NCBI GenBank assembly: GCA_900088475.1
Contig: FLMG01002184.1
Coordinates: forward strand, 1 to 64,000
DNA: 64,000 nucleotides
Source of the DNA: Hyphochytrium catenoides
Taxonomy: Eukaryota; Protista; Hyphochytriomycota
Direction of reading: 5' to 3'
Shown piece by piece: positions 1-12,500 of this stretch. The translations under genes were made by a program, and so were the position numbers. How positions within the stretch are numbered: the stretch's first letter is position 1; the number at the start of each line of letters is the position of its first letter. Below the pieces are notes generated by a model. That model saw nothing but the letters and a program-made list of their open reading frames with translations, made no database searches and was not told the origin of the DNA.

Positions 1-1286
1 ATTCTGCTAGAAGCTTGCATTTTGGTGTGCAGGCAAGAAAAAGTGGCTTCTCAGCTCGATTTCCTGCGATTGGTATAAAGACGAGCGGCAGATCCCTCTG
101 GGATTATGACGATCCGCCGCAGAGAGCCACAAACCGGCAGAGATCCGCAACTTCCTCCGCGCTGCCGAAGCTGCTGTGCCCTATTATTCTTGTGGTCCGT
201 GTGCTGGCACCGTGCCGTGTCCTCCACCCGCAAGTCCTTGAAGTAAGCTGACCACTCTGTAAAGAGTGAAACAAAGAGACGGACAGAGAAGCGGAGCGAG
301 ACTGTGAGAAAGCAAGAGACAGAGTGGATGCAAGATGGCCGGAATGTGTGGGAGGATGAAAAGATGCGAGAGACAGAGCGGCTGAGACATGTGAGGAAGA
401 GGAACTAAACTGTGGGACTGGAAGGTGATGATCCATCACACGAACCGACAAAGGGGGGTAAAACTTGAGGTCTAACAAAGCCAGCTTTTATTGCTTCCTC
501 ACTTACTCTGACACCAATTTAATATTATGTAGTACCTGCATAGGGACCCAAAGGGAGATTACAGAGCGTAAAAAGAGCCCTTCTGAGATGAAGTGGGTCA
601 ATCTTGACAGAAATACTCACAAATTGTCACAGCTCATGTTTATTTTGCGTATAACTGACAGCGGACCGTTGGGGCTACAGAGGCGGCACAGATTGTTCAA
701 GGTTGTGAACTTTACAGAATCCACAACTTCTACGATCAAGTCGACCATGAACAATGTCTGAGACTCTACAGCACAGTGCCCAAGAGCCACACTGTCCTCA
801 TCAAGAACTGGACTGATGGGCCGATGTGGCAGATACTGAAGGGAAATCTATTGAGACAAGAAGATCGTCTGCCGTCTGTCTACCCGCAGCAAAAGGAACG
901 GGGCTTCTTCGCATCTTCCAAAAGCAGACCTGTTTAAAGATCTTGAGCGTCTCTCCTTCTTTCTTGCCGCGGTATGGCGTACACACACACGGTGATTAAT
1001 TAGAGAGGTTAACGAACTGCTTCATATGCATTGGGGACATGGTTTCTAGATTATCCTCGCTGGGGCTCTAATCATGTGTTGGCGAATACAAAGGGAAATT
1101 CTCACGTATACACTTGTACAACGAAGAGCTTGACTCTAGGCTTCTTGATCAGGCATAAAGCGCTTCTACGCGCGCGGAAGTCACATGTGGAACCACGACG
1201 GAATCTGATGGTATAACTCTAGTGGAAAGGTGGCTTTCAGTGTAGTTATCAGTAGACAGAAAAGAAGTGAAGCCATTGCGAACGCG

Positions 1287-2799
1287 CTAGTAAGCTGCAC
1301 TGCTTCTTGAGACGCTTCTCTTCCGGTCAAGCCGACTCTGCATCTGCTTGATAAATGTGCCATCCGAGTACGTGTAGATAAGCGGCACACCTGATAAGGC
1401 AAGTCACCAGGTTAGTAGCTATTCAATCGATAAAGAGATACAATATCGTAAATGCCTCTACCTGTTGGTGCGAGCAATAGGCAGTCGGCTGGTCTGCTCT
1501 TTTCAATCTTCATTTGCTCGTTCCACTCTTCGTCACTCATGCCATCCAAATATTTAATGATGGTTCGAATGGCAAAGCCGTGTGAAGAGATCAGGACATT
1601 ACGTCCAGCCGCAAGGTGCGGGACCACGTTTCGAATGAACCACGGCACGGTGCGTTCAGCAACATCTCGGGAGCTCTCGCCATTGGGAAACGGTGTGTTG
1701 AAGTCATTCCGCACTTTTGTGAGGTCCTCCTTTGGCATCAGCTTCGTATGCTCCGTGCTTGGAAGACCCTAACATTCATATCCAAGATGGTGAGGACGCT
1801 ACTTTCTCGGAACAGTTTGATGAAAGAAGCAGATTGGGCTAGCCCAATCTACCTGAAAGTCCCCAAAGTTTCTCTCGTTGAGCTCCTTGGCAATATACAC
1901 TGGGATAAGCTGTATAAGGATAAAGCAAAATGAAGAACGTCAGAGACAAACAGGTAGAACAAAGGACGAGAAACTCACCCATTTGAAGGGTTCTGATCCA
2001 TTGAACCCTGAGAACCGTGGTGGATCTAATGGATCACAGTCATACTGAATCAACTACACGGAGCCACAGTATATAGGGTTGGCTGGGAAGACAAGTCAAA
2101 TGAATGTTACTCCGTCCTACCGGCGTTTTCTTGGAGTTATGGTTCATTAACATCAACATTGCAGTTGTCTTGGCACGGTCCATTTCAGATACGAAAACCA
2201 GATCTAAAGGAAGGTTCTTGAGCTCTTCCCCCGCCTCAACGGCTTCATTGACACCTTTCACCCTTAATAGTGGATGTTACGGGTGACAAGAGGATGAGTG
2301 CAAAGGTAGCCAATAGTGACAAGGCCAATCGTACCCTAAAGGAACATCACAGGAGCCAGCATACCGCCAGAGCAGGTCTGGATGATGAGGATCGCGATTC
2401 CACATGGACTGACCGTGGCGGATGAGTACCACTCGACCACGTTTTGTACCGTCACCTCCCGGAGTAGAAGACCACGACAGGGCAGGCTTCACATCCTTTA
2501 GCACCGGTGGACAAGGCTTGGGCTTTTCCCATTGCCGAAGGTTTAATGCTTCGTTGAAGTAATAGTACTTGCCATTATGTCTTCGGCTCTTCCTTCGTTT
2601 CCAGCCTGGGGGTAAGTCAAAGGGCTGACAGACAACAATTAGCAGATGAAGAGACACTTGATGAGCTACCAAACAATATCGTGTTAAACATTACCTGCTC
2701 TTCCTCATCTCGGATGACATGATATATGTAATATAAGCCAGCGACGACGGACGAGGCTAGTAAAGTTCTTAGGAATACAGCATAGCTGTCGTTGGCCAT
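1287..2799 (-). CDS. Cofactor-dependent phosphoglycerate mutase (histidine phosphatase) with N-terminal TM anchor and WW domain; multi-exon
   Basis: Spliced reading MANDSYAVFLRTLLASSVVAGLYYIYHVIRDEEEQ|PFDLPPGWKRRKSRRHNGKYYYFNEALNLRQWEKP (TM, then WW). Catalytic motifs VVLIRHGQSMWN, ELNERNFGDFQ, PNGES, VLISSHG, PTG|VPLIY. Stop TAG at 1287-1289; GT-AG introns keep frame. Confidence 0.88.
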
Positions 2800-4959
2800 A
2801 ATCAAGCCGGTTGCTGCGTATCTATTGGTCTCTAGTCTTTGATGGCAAGGGCAACAAAATGTAGGTGTGCGCCTACGAGTTGAGCCGCGGCACCAAGCAA
2901 GAGGGAAGTAGCCTATTGACGAGGCAGAAGCTGGTGTGGGCACAGCTCCAGAGCAGGCGGCAGAGCAGGCGGTCTTTGTCGTGAGAGGGTAGTGGTGCGT
3001 TGCTAGCCACGCTAGAGTCTCTTCTATTTCCTTATGTCTCCTTCCTCCTGATCCCAGTATCCTGCTGGTACTATGCTTTCATGCTTCTGCTGCTTCGTCC
3101 TAGGCCTTTGTTGGCTCCTTCTTGTTGGCGCTTAACCAGACTTTGGGCTTGGGTAGGTGCAGCATCTGGGATCTCTTCTTTTGCTCTTTCTCATGTGCTA
3201 TAACTACTATGTAGTTCTATCAACAGTTCTCTTCTTTCTCTTTCTTCCTTGTTGTCTCTCCTCCCTTCATTCCCTCTTGTTCCGCTCTCTGATTTCTTGA
3301 TGTGTATGTACAAAAAGTACAGAAACCATATTGTGCGCCCTTTTATACATCAGGGGTTCGGATAATGTAGTCCGCAAGATGTGCGCACTGCTTGCAGGCT
3401 ACTGAAAAGTGGTATGATGATACTGTACTGAGTTTCTATGTTGATTGTTTGTAATAACGATCAATCACCCATCATTTGTGCAGTAGCGTCCATTGATGAC
3501 GGATGCAGCAGCACAGGTACACAGGAGGAAGGAGAAAGAGAAGAAGAAGAGGTAGAAGACAACCGAGTAGTAATCTATTTGTAGGATCCTCCTGACGTGA
3601 CACTCAGTTGATGATGAAATGTCCTTCATCGTTGATGAGAAAGCAGGAAGAAGAACACTTCTATTCGCTGCCGGTAAGTGGTGAGGAATGTTGATGAGGA
3701 GGGCCATAAGGAGTGTTTCTAGTGACTCATTTGATGCTTCTATATCTATGAACGAATCATCAAACAACGTCGTCGTCGAGTGTCTACTTCCCAAGCATTT
3801 TGCCTCCAGTTCAATACCAACATTCACTCGTCGAGTCTCCAGAAGAATGAAGCGAACGGGATGGTACCAACATGATGGCCGACGAGGACTAATGATAGTA
3901 GTCAAAGGAAACTTTCCTTATTGCACCTTCGACATCCAAAGTCAAATCTCTTCTGGTGTCTATGTGCTCCTAGACCACAAGCTTTCCTCCTTCTCTTCCT
4001 CCACTCCTGAACTAGGAAAGAGAACTGTCCGTGATAGCGTTGACGGCGAACGGGCAAAAGTACTATGTGTGCTTTGCCTTTATTATGTACCTCTCAAGAC
4101 CTCCTTCTGCAGGTCATCATCATCATCATCTCAGCATATCATCATCATCATCAAACAAGGAAGTTGTATGAGTACTTCACGAATATAAGTGGCAAAACTA
4201 TTTTCGATAGGGTCTAAGGGGAGCTTCTTCGGGTAGTCTTACCCAGCTTCGCACTATCTATGTGCTACACGTATCTGAGAAGGCGGGGTATGTTCTGGCT
4301 AGGAGTTATTTAGCCCTAGAAAGGTAGGGCATCACATGGAGTGAAGAGTTCAATGTGTGAGGCGGCTCTGTTGCTGTTGAGTGTTGAGGTCCCTTTCTTC
4401 CAGCATCTTCCCCATGCTCCAAGGTGTCAGGGAAAGCTTCGGGGCAGATTGAGCTTCTTCAGGCACAAAGGTCCTCGACCTTTTTGTAGGAAGTGCTTCC
4501 TCTTGCTCGTCGTGTTTGTCCTCCCTGTCGATCTTTCCCTAATCCATCATTCCGCTGGCGCTCCCCCGCCTTGGTCGCGCGCCACCTCGAACCTCATGCA
4601 CAAAGAGGTCGAGCTAGGAAGCCTGTAATTGAGTGCGACTCCTCCGCCGTTTATAGTTGACAATGGGTGGGTAGAGTCTCAGTCAACAGGTGCTGAGAAA
4701 AGGTGGCCGTTGTTGCCACAGTGGTGTACCAGTTGAGCGCAGTAAGGAAGACTTTCAGGAAACGCTGGACAGCTCTGTCCCGCCTAATGGAACTGGCACC
4801 GCTCAGAGCCACCCGAGCCCTTTCTTAGCTGCAAGGTCCACCCCTATATCGGATGCATATCAACTCTGCAGTTTGATCATGAATTGAGCGGAAAGACTAA
4901 GCTGAGGAACGGGTGAAGTGACGCTGGACCTAGCCAGCTGCCGTAGTCAAACAAGGAAC

Positions 4960-7261
4960 ATGAATGCTACCGCTCTCGGGACTAAGAAGTCGCCCTCCTC
5001 CTTTCGGAGTGCCGTGGCTCCAAAAATTCCTTCTTTTAGACTGAATGAGATCCGAACTGAGCTCCAGGCCATTGGGGCTGGCGTTGGAGGTTGGAATCGC
5101 GAAAGGTCCATCTCTGGAATGATTGAGGAGGAGTTCCTGCATCAGTTTGATACAGTTAGGGTAGGTTAATGACGGTGCCAATGACGAAGGCATAAGCTCT
5201 TACAATGAGGCAACAGACTTATGATGTAGGCATAAGCACGGAACAGCTCTTTCGATACTCAGAGCTTTCCGGGGGAAGGAAGACAAAGATCATTTGCGCT
5301 ATCGGACCGCCTTGCCGAAGCCAAGAAATGCTCGGTGAGACATCAAAGATTGCTCTTCCTCAAGTACCATATTCTGAGGATCTGTCTCCCTTGTCACAGG
5401 AAAGCTACTTGACGCCGGAATGAATGTCGCGAGGCTGAACTTCTCACATGGGACACACGAGTACCATCAGGAAAGCTTGGATAATCTCCGCGCTGCTCAA
5501 GCCACGAGGCGAGGCATCCATTGTGCCGTCTTATTGGACACAAAGGGTCCGGAACTACGGACAGGACTTTTAAAGAATCACGGACCGATCCATCTGGTGG
5601 TGAGTGCTATCTTAACGACCCACCAGTCGCTGAGGATTGTTTTAATGACATCTTTTTCATGCAGAGCGGACAAGAGCTAGAGATCACAACTGACTACTCC
5701 CTGGAAGGCGATAACAGCCGGATTACCTGCAACTACCCAGACCTGCCGACAGCCGTGAAGCCAGGCAGTGCAATCCTGTGTGCAGACGGCAGTTTGACGT
5801 TGACAGTGCTCCGATGCCTTGAAAACTCTGTTATCACGCGTGTAGAGAACTCCATCACACTGGAAGAGACCAAAAACTTCTATTTGCCAGGTAACAGAGT
5901 GGTGGATTGACAGAAAGAAGTCTACCTTACCCCCTCGCTTACGATCCTCTAGGAGCCAGGGTAAACTTGCCTCCAGTGACTGAGAAGGATATCGACGATA
6001 TTGTAAACTTCGCAATTCCAAATAGGGTAGATCTCATCTCCACCTCATTCGTTCGCAATGCGGAACACATAAGGTCCGTTTGATAGCTCTTGATGATGAC
6101 CTCAAGCCGGCATTCACGAACTTTTTTCCGGCTTACTTCTGATGGATGAAGAGCGATAAGAAATGTGCTTGGCCCAGAGGGCCGAGATATTCGGGTCAAT
6201 GCCAAGATTGAAAGCCTGGTGTGTACCTTGCGGCCTGCACTTAACAACCAAGTCCATCGACCCTAACTGCTAAGGTTTCACGCTGCAGGAGGCGTTAGAA
6301 AATTTTGATGAGATTTTGAAGGAAGCTGACGGCATTCATGTTAGTAGAGGAGACTTGGGCATGGAGCTACCTCCACAGAAGGTACCCCATATCGTCAGAC
6401 GTCGTTTGCCTCTTTCCTTACGCTCTACGCACTTCGCAGGTCTTTCTCGCCCAGAAGATGATCATTCGCAAAGCAAACATAGCAGGAAAACCTGTGGTCA
6501 CCTCTACCCAGATGCTCGAGTCTATGATAAACAATCCGGTACCCACCTTTGCAGAAGCCTCAGATGTGGCGAATGCAGTTATAGATGGTACAGATGCTGT
6601 AATGCTCTCAGGGGAAACTGCCAAAGGCAAGCACCCAGTTGAGAGCGTGTTAGTCATGTCACGAATCTTGAAGGAGGCCGAGGGTACGTCGCCAGGAGTC
6701 ATTTCCTCCCCACCCCAGCTAGCCCGACAAGCCTACTAACTCTCTATGCCTTAGCTATATTGAACTACGACGAGATGTTTATTGACATCAGAGACTCTAC
6801 GCCAAAACCTGTTGACAAAGGAGAGGCTGTGGCTTCTTCGGCAGTAGCAACTGCTATTGACACTAAGGCTCGCGTCATTGTCGTGCTATCGGAGACAGGC
6901 TATACAGCCCGATGCGTCGCCAAGTACCGTCCCAAGGTTCCTATCGTGGCGGTTACGACATCAGCTAGGGCTGCGAGACAAATGGCTGGCTTGTCAAGGT
7001 ACGCTTAGCGAATTCAGTTACTTTTAGTCGCTCACTGCTGACCTGTAGTTCTTGCTTTCGTCTGTTGGCAGAGGCGTTCATTGCCTAGTCGTGGAGTCTA
7101 TGATAGGTTCTGATACACTATTAAATCGCGGCATACTCTTTGCCCTCAACCAGAGTTGGATACTTCCAGGCGATATGGCAGTCGGTGTCCACGGCTATAA
7201 GGAGGGGCTAGCTGGCACGGCCAGCATCGTTAAAGTTATTAGAGTCAGCGCAAATTTCTAG
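4960..7261 (+). CDS. PK: Pyruvate kinase, ~10 exons, ~85-aa N-terminal extension
   Basis: [87 protein letters not shown]. Introns 56-78 nt. Start ATG is the first in-frame one and is inferred. Confidence 0.95.
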
Positions 7262-7358
7262 CTGTGGAGTCACCTGTAGAATAGAGAAAAAGAATTGACT
7301 ACGCACAGCTAATCCACAATGACTCTTCCTTTTGCTATTCATTGTACAGTTAGACTAT

Positions 7359-8652
7359 TCATTTCTTTCTCCGATCCATCCAAGCGTCAGGAGTTGGCAG
7401 CACAAAGCGGTATGGCACTAGCTTGATGGGAAGGTTGCCGTTAGCATCTTCATCGCCATCGAAGGTCACCGCAACATGTATAGCGTTCTGAGCGCTGCTT
7501 GTTAGAGAACAAATATAAATCAATCTCAGCGAGCCTTACCGCAGATGGCGGCTCCACTATAGCTGCTCTGTAGAAGCTTGTGGTGTCAGGGTACAGTGCG
7601 TAGACGGAAGCAGACGCAGCCCACTTAAGCCTGCTAGTAGGATCTTTTGGCAGAGGCATGACGTGATCAGAGGACACTGCATAATGCCTGTAATACACAA
7701 TGGAGCATGAGCTGTCAGTCCAGGGAGCAGAGACTTCAGCCTGCTATATGGAGGTATCTAGCATATTGGTAACGATGTGATAGTATCTTGCCTAGGCCCT
7801 GTGTTCGATGCACCCTCGTCTCCAGAGTCCTCATCGGCGACTTCAAACCTTCAGAAGTAGACCGAAGCCATTATAAAAGGTCAGTTTATTCGAAGCAGTT
7901 CCTTAGGAAGAGCGGTACACGTACTCGTCTCGATCCTTCTTGCAGCCAACGACGGTAGTTAAAATCCACAGCTGTCCTGTGAGGTCCACGTTGGCTGCCA
8001 CCTGTGGGGAAAATTAGGGGTTCCAATAACATCACTGCCATAATTCTTGAGTCATTCACCTGGTCGCCGGGCTGAATTTCTTGATGTGCCAGCAACCTTA
8101 CATTGCTGTGTGTACTCTTAGTGGGCAGAAGATTGCGCATATCAGGAAGCAAGGGCATTACCTGTTAGTGTTGCGTAGAATCTTATCCGGGTTCTCCCGC
8201 CGCCGCTTCTTCAACACCTTCCCAGTCGCTGTATGTAAAATTATAGCACTTGAGCTGACGGGCCTCTTGACTCAAGATTAGTAAAGATGAGCCTGACCTG
8301 TCGCGATGTCCACGGGAGGAATAGAACTAGATGCTTTCCGCTCCCCGCTCTGGTTGTAGATCTCAAGAAGTCTAACGGTATTGTTGAAGTTCTCAATCTG
8401 CTTCTCTAGCGTTTTCGCAGAGGTAGTTAGGAGCTCCTCCAAAGCTGCAGCCTGTTCAGCGTCCTCTAAAATAGAGCTAGGTGAGGTCCTTGCGTCACTA
8501 CTCTCGTTCACTGACTTACCAGTCTCCTTAACAGTAGCAGATAACTCGTTGATTTGGCGGAACGTGGTTGTTAAGTCGGAGCTCTTGAGAAGCCCATGAT
8601 AAAGTTCCACTAAAGATGAATGGACCGAGTTAAGTACAGCTGACTCAGCCAT
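7359..8652 (-). CDS. SGF29: SAGA-associated factor 29 (tandem Tudor, H3K4me reader)
   Basis: N-terminal coiled coil, then IQPGDQV|AA..WILTTVV, FEVADED, VYALYPDTTSFYRA and VTFDGDED...VPYRFV, matching the SGF29 double-Tudor pattern. Stop TGA at 7359-7361. Confidence 0.85.
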
Positions 8653-9519
8653 GCTAGAATACTGTCACCAGGGCCGCCCACTCCCACATACGCTGGAGCC
8701 GTTCATGTCGAACCTCACCAGAGAACACCACTCATGTTTGAATGTGTGCACCTCGGGAGCGGCCTCTCTTTGGACAGGTCGTGAGGTTAAGCGACCTCCG
8801 TTGAAGGCTTCCTTTATTTCTGACGTTGCCTGATATACGGCTCGGGACAAGAGTTCCAAGCAGGTGTCCGTTGAGATGTTTGACCTGAGCTCGGTTGTGA
8901 GTGCAAAGCAGAAGAAAGAGCTTGCTGTCATTTCCAGACTCCTCCCACCAACATGAAGATCAGAATCTCTTTCTACTCTCGCCAGTGTACCTGTACAGTT
9001 TCGCCTAGCACAATTACAAGTAAATAAGTTCTTAGTTTCCGTTAATTGTCGGGTATACTTAGTTCTAGTAGTAAGAGTCCTTGATTATTGGAAAGGGACT
9101 TGGGCAAGTATTCCTCAAGAGGTGCTAGAACTGTAGGAGGACTTGGTTATCGCCGGTCTGAAGAGTTATGGACATTGGACACTAGAGTTTGGTGCTTCAT
9201 TCCTTACTTGAGAAGTTTCTCGACAGGAGCTTCGTTGTCCACAGCGCCGATGACAATAATGACGCACCGTGTTTGAGACACTTCTACGGGGAGATAAGCC
9301 CATCAGTCATGGCCGCTTCTCGTCCGCAGGACATTGCATCTCGCAAGCCTCCTGTGATGCCAGGGGTCTGACTCCAGATCATCCTGTCCCTTCCACGTCT
9401 CCTGAGGTTGCGTACTATGAGGTCAAGCAGCAATCACCCGCTGAAATGGCCATGTTATCGGTCTATGCGAACAGTGACTGGGGTATAGCAGTATTGGAAG
9501 ACTTCACTTTTACTCAGAG

Positions 9520-12500
9520 ATGAAGTATACAGAGACACCGGTATCCCCATTGCAGGGAAAAGACACTTCTCCTACCGCCAAAGAAGTCGGAGCCATAAAG
9601 CAAGACATCCCTATCTCGCCCTCTGGTCCTTTGCCGGAGAACTCGGGGACAGGGCAACCCTATCAGCTCCGTTCAGCGAGAAAGATTTACTTTGGACAAT
9701 GGAGGGCTCTAACAGAGAAGCACTTTCGACTCATGATTCGCGCCTGGCGTACCACCCTCGTGCATTTATTGGCGCCTGCAGTCTTCATAGCCTTCTACAT
9801 AATCCTTATGAAGACGACCAACTCCTCCACTATAGAAAACATCATTCATCAGAAGCCATTTTTGAACCTTGGACCCCTACCAGGGGAGGAGTTTTACGCA
9901 GACTCAACCCCACTACCTAGAGTACGAAAGGGCTAGGCAACTATCCCATAAGCTGCTTCATGGCCTAATACCTCTGTGCTTGGCTTTCACTACTGTTGCT
10001 TTTTCGGCATCCTGACATCACCCACTACTAACTCGTCCTTCCTCGACCATCCTACGCTTTCCTCTATATTTCCGAGCTTCCTTACTTACTAACTCTCAAC
10101 TTCCATAGTGTGCCGTTTTTGATAGAAGAGGAGGTCGGTTTGGTGCGGGGGCGAAGATACCGGATGCTCCGTGCATTACTCTGGCCTACGCTCCTTATTC
10201 AAACCAGGAAGCAACTAATATCATGGCGCAGATGGCGGAAAGTGCCAATCTGCCATTTCAATCCTTCATTGAGAATCCTCGCGAGGGTGAGATTCTTTTT
10301 CGTATCCTTGGTCCAAGCTGACCGTGATTGCTGACCCCGTCTCTCTCGCTTTTTCTCGGTGTACCCCAACTCACCCTCCTTGCTCCCCAACTTCCCTCTC
10401 TCCCGCTTGCTCTCCGGTTCTCTCTTTGTTGCTCTTACTGATCCCTGGAACGAAAAGTGTTCAGAACCTCGGACCCTGGAGTTGTAGGGTTCAAGAATGT
10501 AGAAGATTTGCGCGCCTTCCTTCTGCTCAATGGTGGGCGTCTAGGCTATGCAGTGGTTTTTAACACTACGGGGCAAACCTCCAATCTCCTGTTACCCCGT
10601 GTTATCAACTACCAGATCTGGTGCGGAAGCTTTTCTCTTCGCACATTTATCCATCGTCCTCTTATAGTACCAGGGTGCCCGTCTTTGTTTGCCACCATAG
10701 CGTTGCTTCGCTGTCTCGGCTGCTTTTTACTCTCAAGGCAGCATAGCCCATTACTTCGCATCACCTTTCCAGATAACCTTTCTGAATTCTGAGAGTGTCC
10801 TTGAAATTCAGGTATAACAGCAGCATACCTCCATTCTGGCTGAATCGAATCAACCCAGATCCTCTATATTCTTCGTATGGCTACGCGGGTCAGGTCCTTC
10901 GGTTGCAGAGGTTGATAGACGAAGCCATCCTCCATATAAGAGGCAAGCAGACATCTCCAGCTAAGCTGAGTATCAAACTGCTAGCTCTCCCGGAGGTGGT
11001 CAAGTCCGATGTCGAGAAAGTAGGAGCGGCTGCGATGGAGTCTTTTGGAGGGCTCTTCTTCTCATGCGGGACAATGCTATGCTTTATTGTCACTCTTATA
11101 CAGGTACCAAAGCCATCTAGGTTAAATTTGGTTCTATTTATCGGCTGTACTGTAGGTCAAACTTAGCCTTCTCTAAAGAGCCGTCCTTCTGTCATAGATT
11201 GTTGAGGAGAAAGAGACGAAGTTACTCGGTGCCATGCGCACCATGGGACTGTATGAGAGTGCATACTGGCTCTCATTCATCCTCTATCAACTTTTACTGG
11301 TTTCTTTCTCCAGCCTCGTAGTTCTGGGTACTGGATATTGGTCCGACCTTCCTTTCTTTCGATACACGGATCTTTCGGTCATCTTCACCATCTTCTGCAC
11401 CTACGGGGCGGGGATGGTTGGATTAGCCTGCCTTCTCTCTGCTTTAGTAGATAGAGTGCGAGTGGCTCTGCTTCTTGGATTCTCCATTTTCATCTTCTGT
11501 ATCGTTTTCCAAACCTTTCTCTGGCTATTGCCGGACTTCGTGTACTACATCTATGACCCGCACATTATGCCGCTAGCACTCGGATATTTAGTTCAGGTAA
11601 GCGGGAAGTGTGATGACAATATTTCTCTTAGAAACCCCATTGTCTGTGCGTTAGTAGGACAGCTAAATTGGTATTGTGGTTGTTGAGCTCATAGCTTTCC
11701 CAAGACCTATATTGTCCCTTGTTGGCCCTTCCTTACGTTCATCTCCAGTCCAACCCTGCCCATACTCACGGTGCATCATCTCCCGTCCACAGACCTTCCC
11801 TCCGCTCGCGTTTACCCGCTTGTACATCGACATCAAACGTATGACTCAAACGTCCAAGCTCTCAGATGGAACAGTGGTGCCCAATTATTGTACATGGCGC
11901 TCATTCGCCGATGGTGATGAGTACTCTGCAGAGCCACAATCGAGCCTGTTCTGCTCGGGGACAGAGACGGAGTGCTCTTTCTTTGTCCCCACCCCACTGA
12001 TGACTGTCATCAGAAGTGCCATTCTGTTTGCCTGCTATATCATTGTCGCCGCCTACCTATCGCAAGTCTTTCCCGGAGAGAACGGTAGGAAAGCTTCTTT
12101 CTGGTTCTTCCTACAGAAGAGATACTGGCTGCCTCCGAAAGCAAGACCTTCGGGCATGTACTCGCCAGTAGAGCAGGAAGAGAGCCCTCCTCTTATCCCA
12201 GACTCTCCTCGTGCCGCGGAAAGAGAGGGTCTCGGTGTTGTGAGAGACCCTTTAGAAGGCAAACTAGATCAAGACGTCCTGCAGCATCGGCAGGGAGTGC
12301 TTGCTGGAAAGAGTAGGGCCATCTTGCAGGTATGGATTACGAGCAGCTGCACCTGGCAGGTTCGTTCTCTAACAGACGGTTTTATGTGGTCCGGCTCCGT
12401 TGCTTGACGTGTCGAAGGTTATTGAGTTATGTAAAACTTTTACTTCTTTTTTTGGCATTGGGAGGAAAAAAGCGGCAGTGTCTAATCTGACGTTGGCCAT

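Noticed and set aside
33-242. Possible final exons of a plus-strand gene (QEKVASQLDFLRL / EIRNFLRAAEAAVPYYSC...)
   Set aside because: Splicing is ambiguous and no family is recognisable; too little context at the window edge.
3465-4188. 146-aa and 166-aa overlapping ORFs between PGAM and PK
   Set aside because: Low-complexity, microsatellite-containing (CAT runs) and without motifs; probably non-coding.
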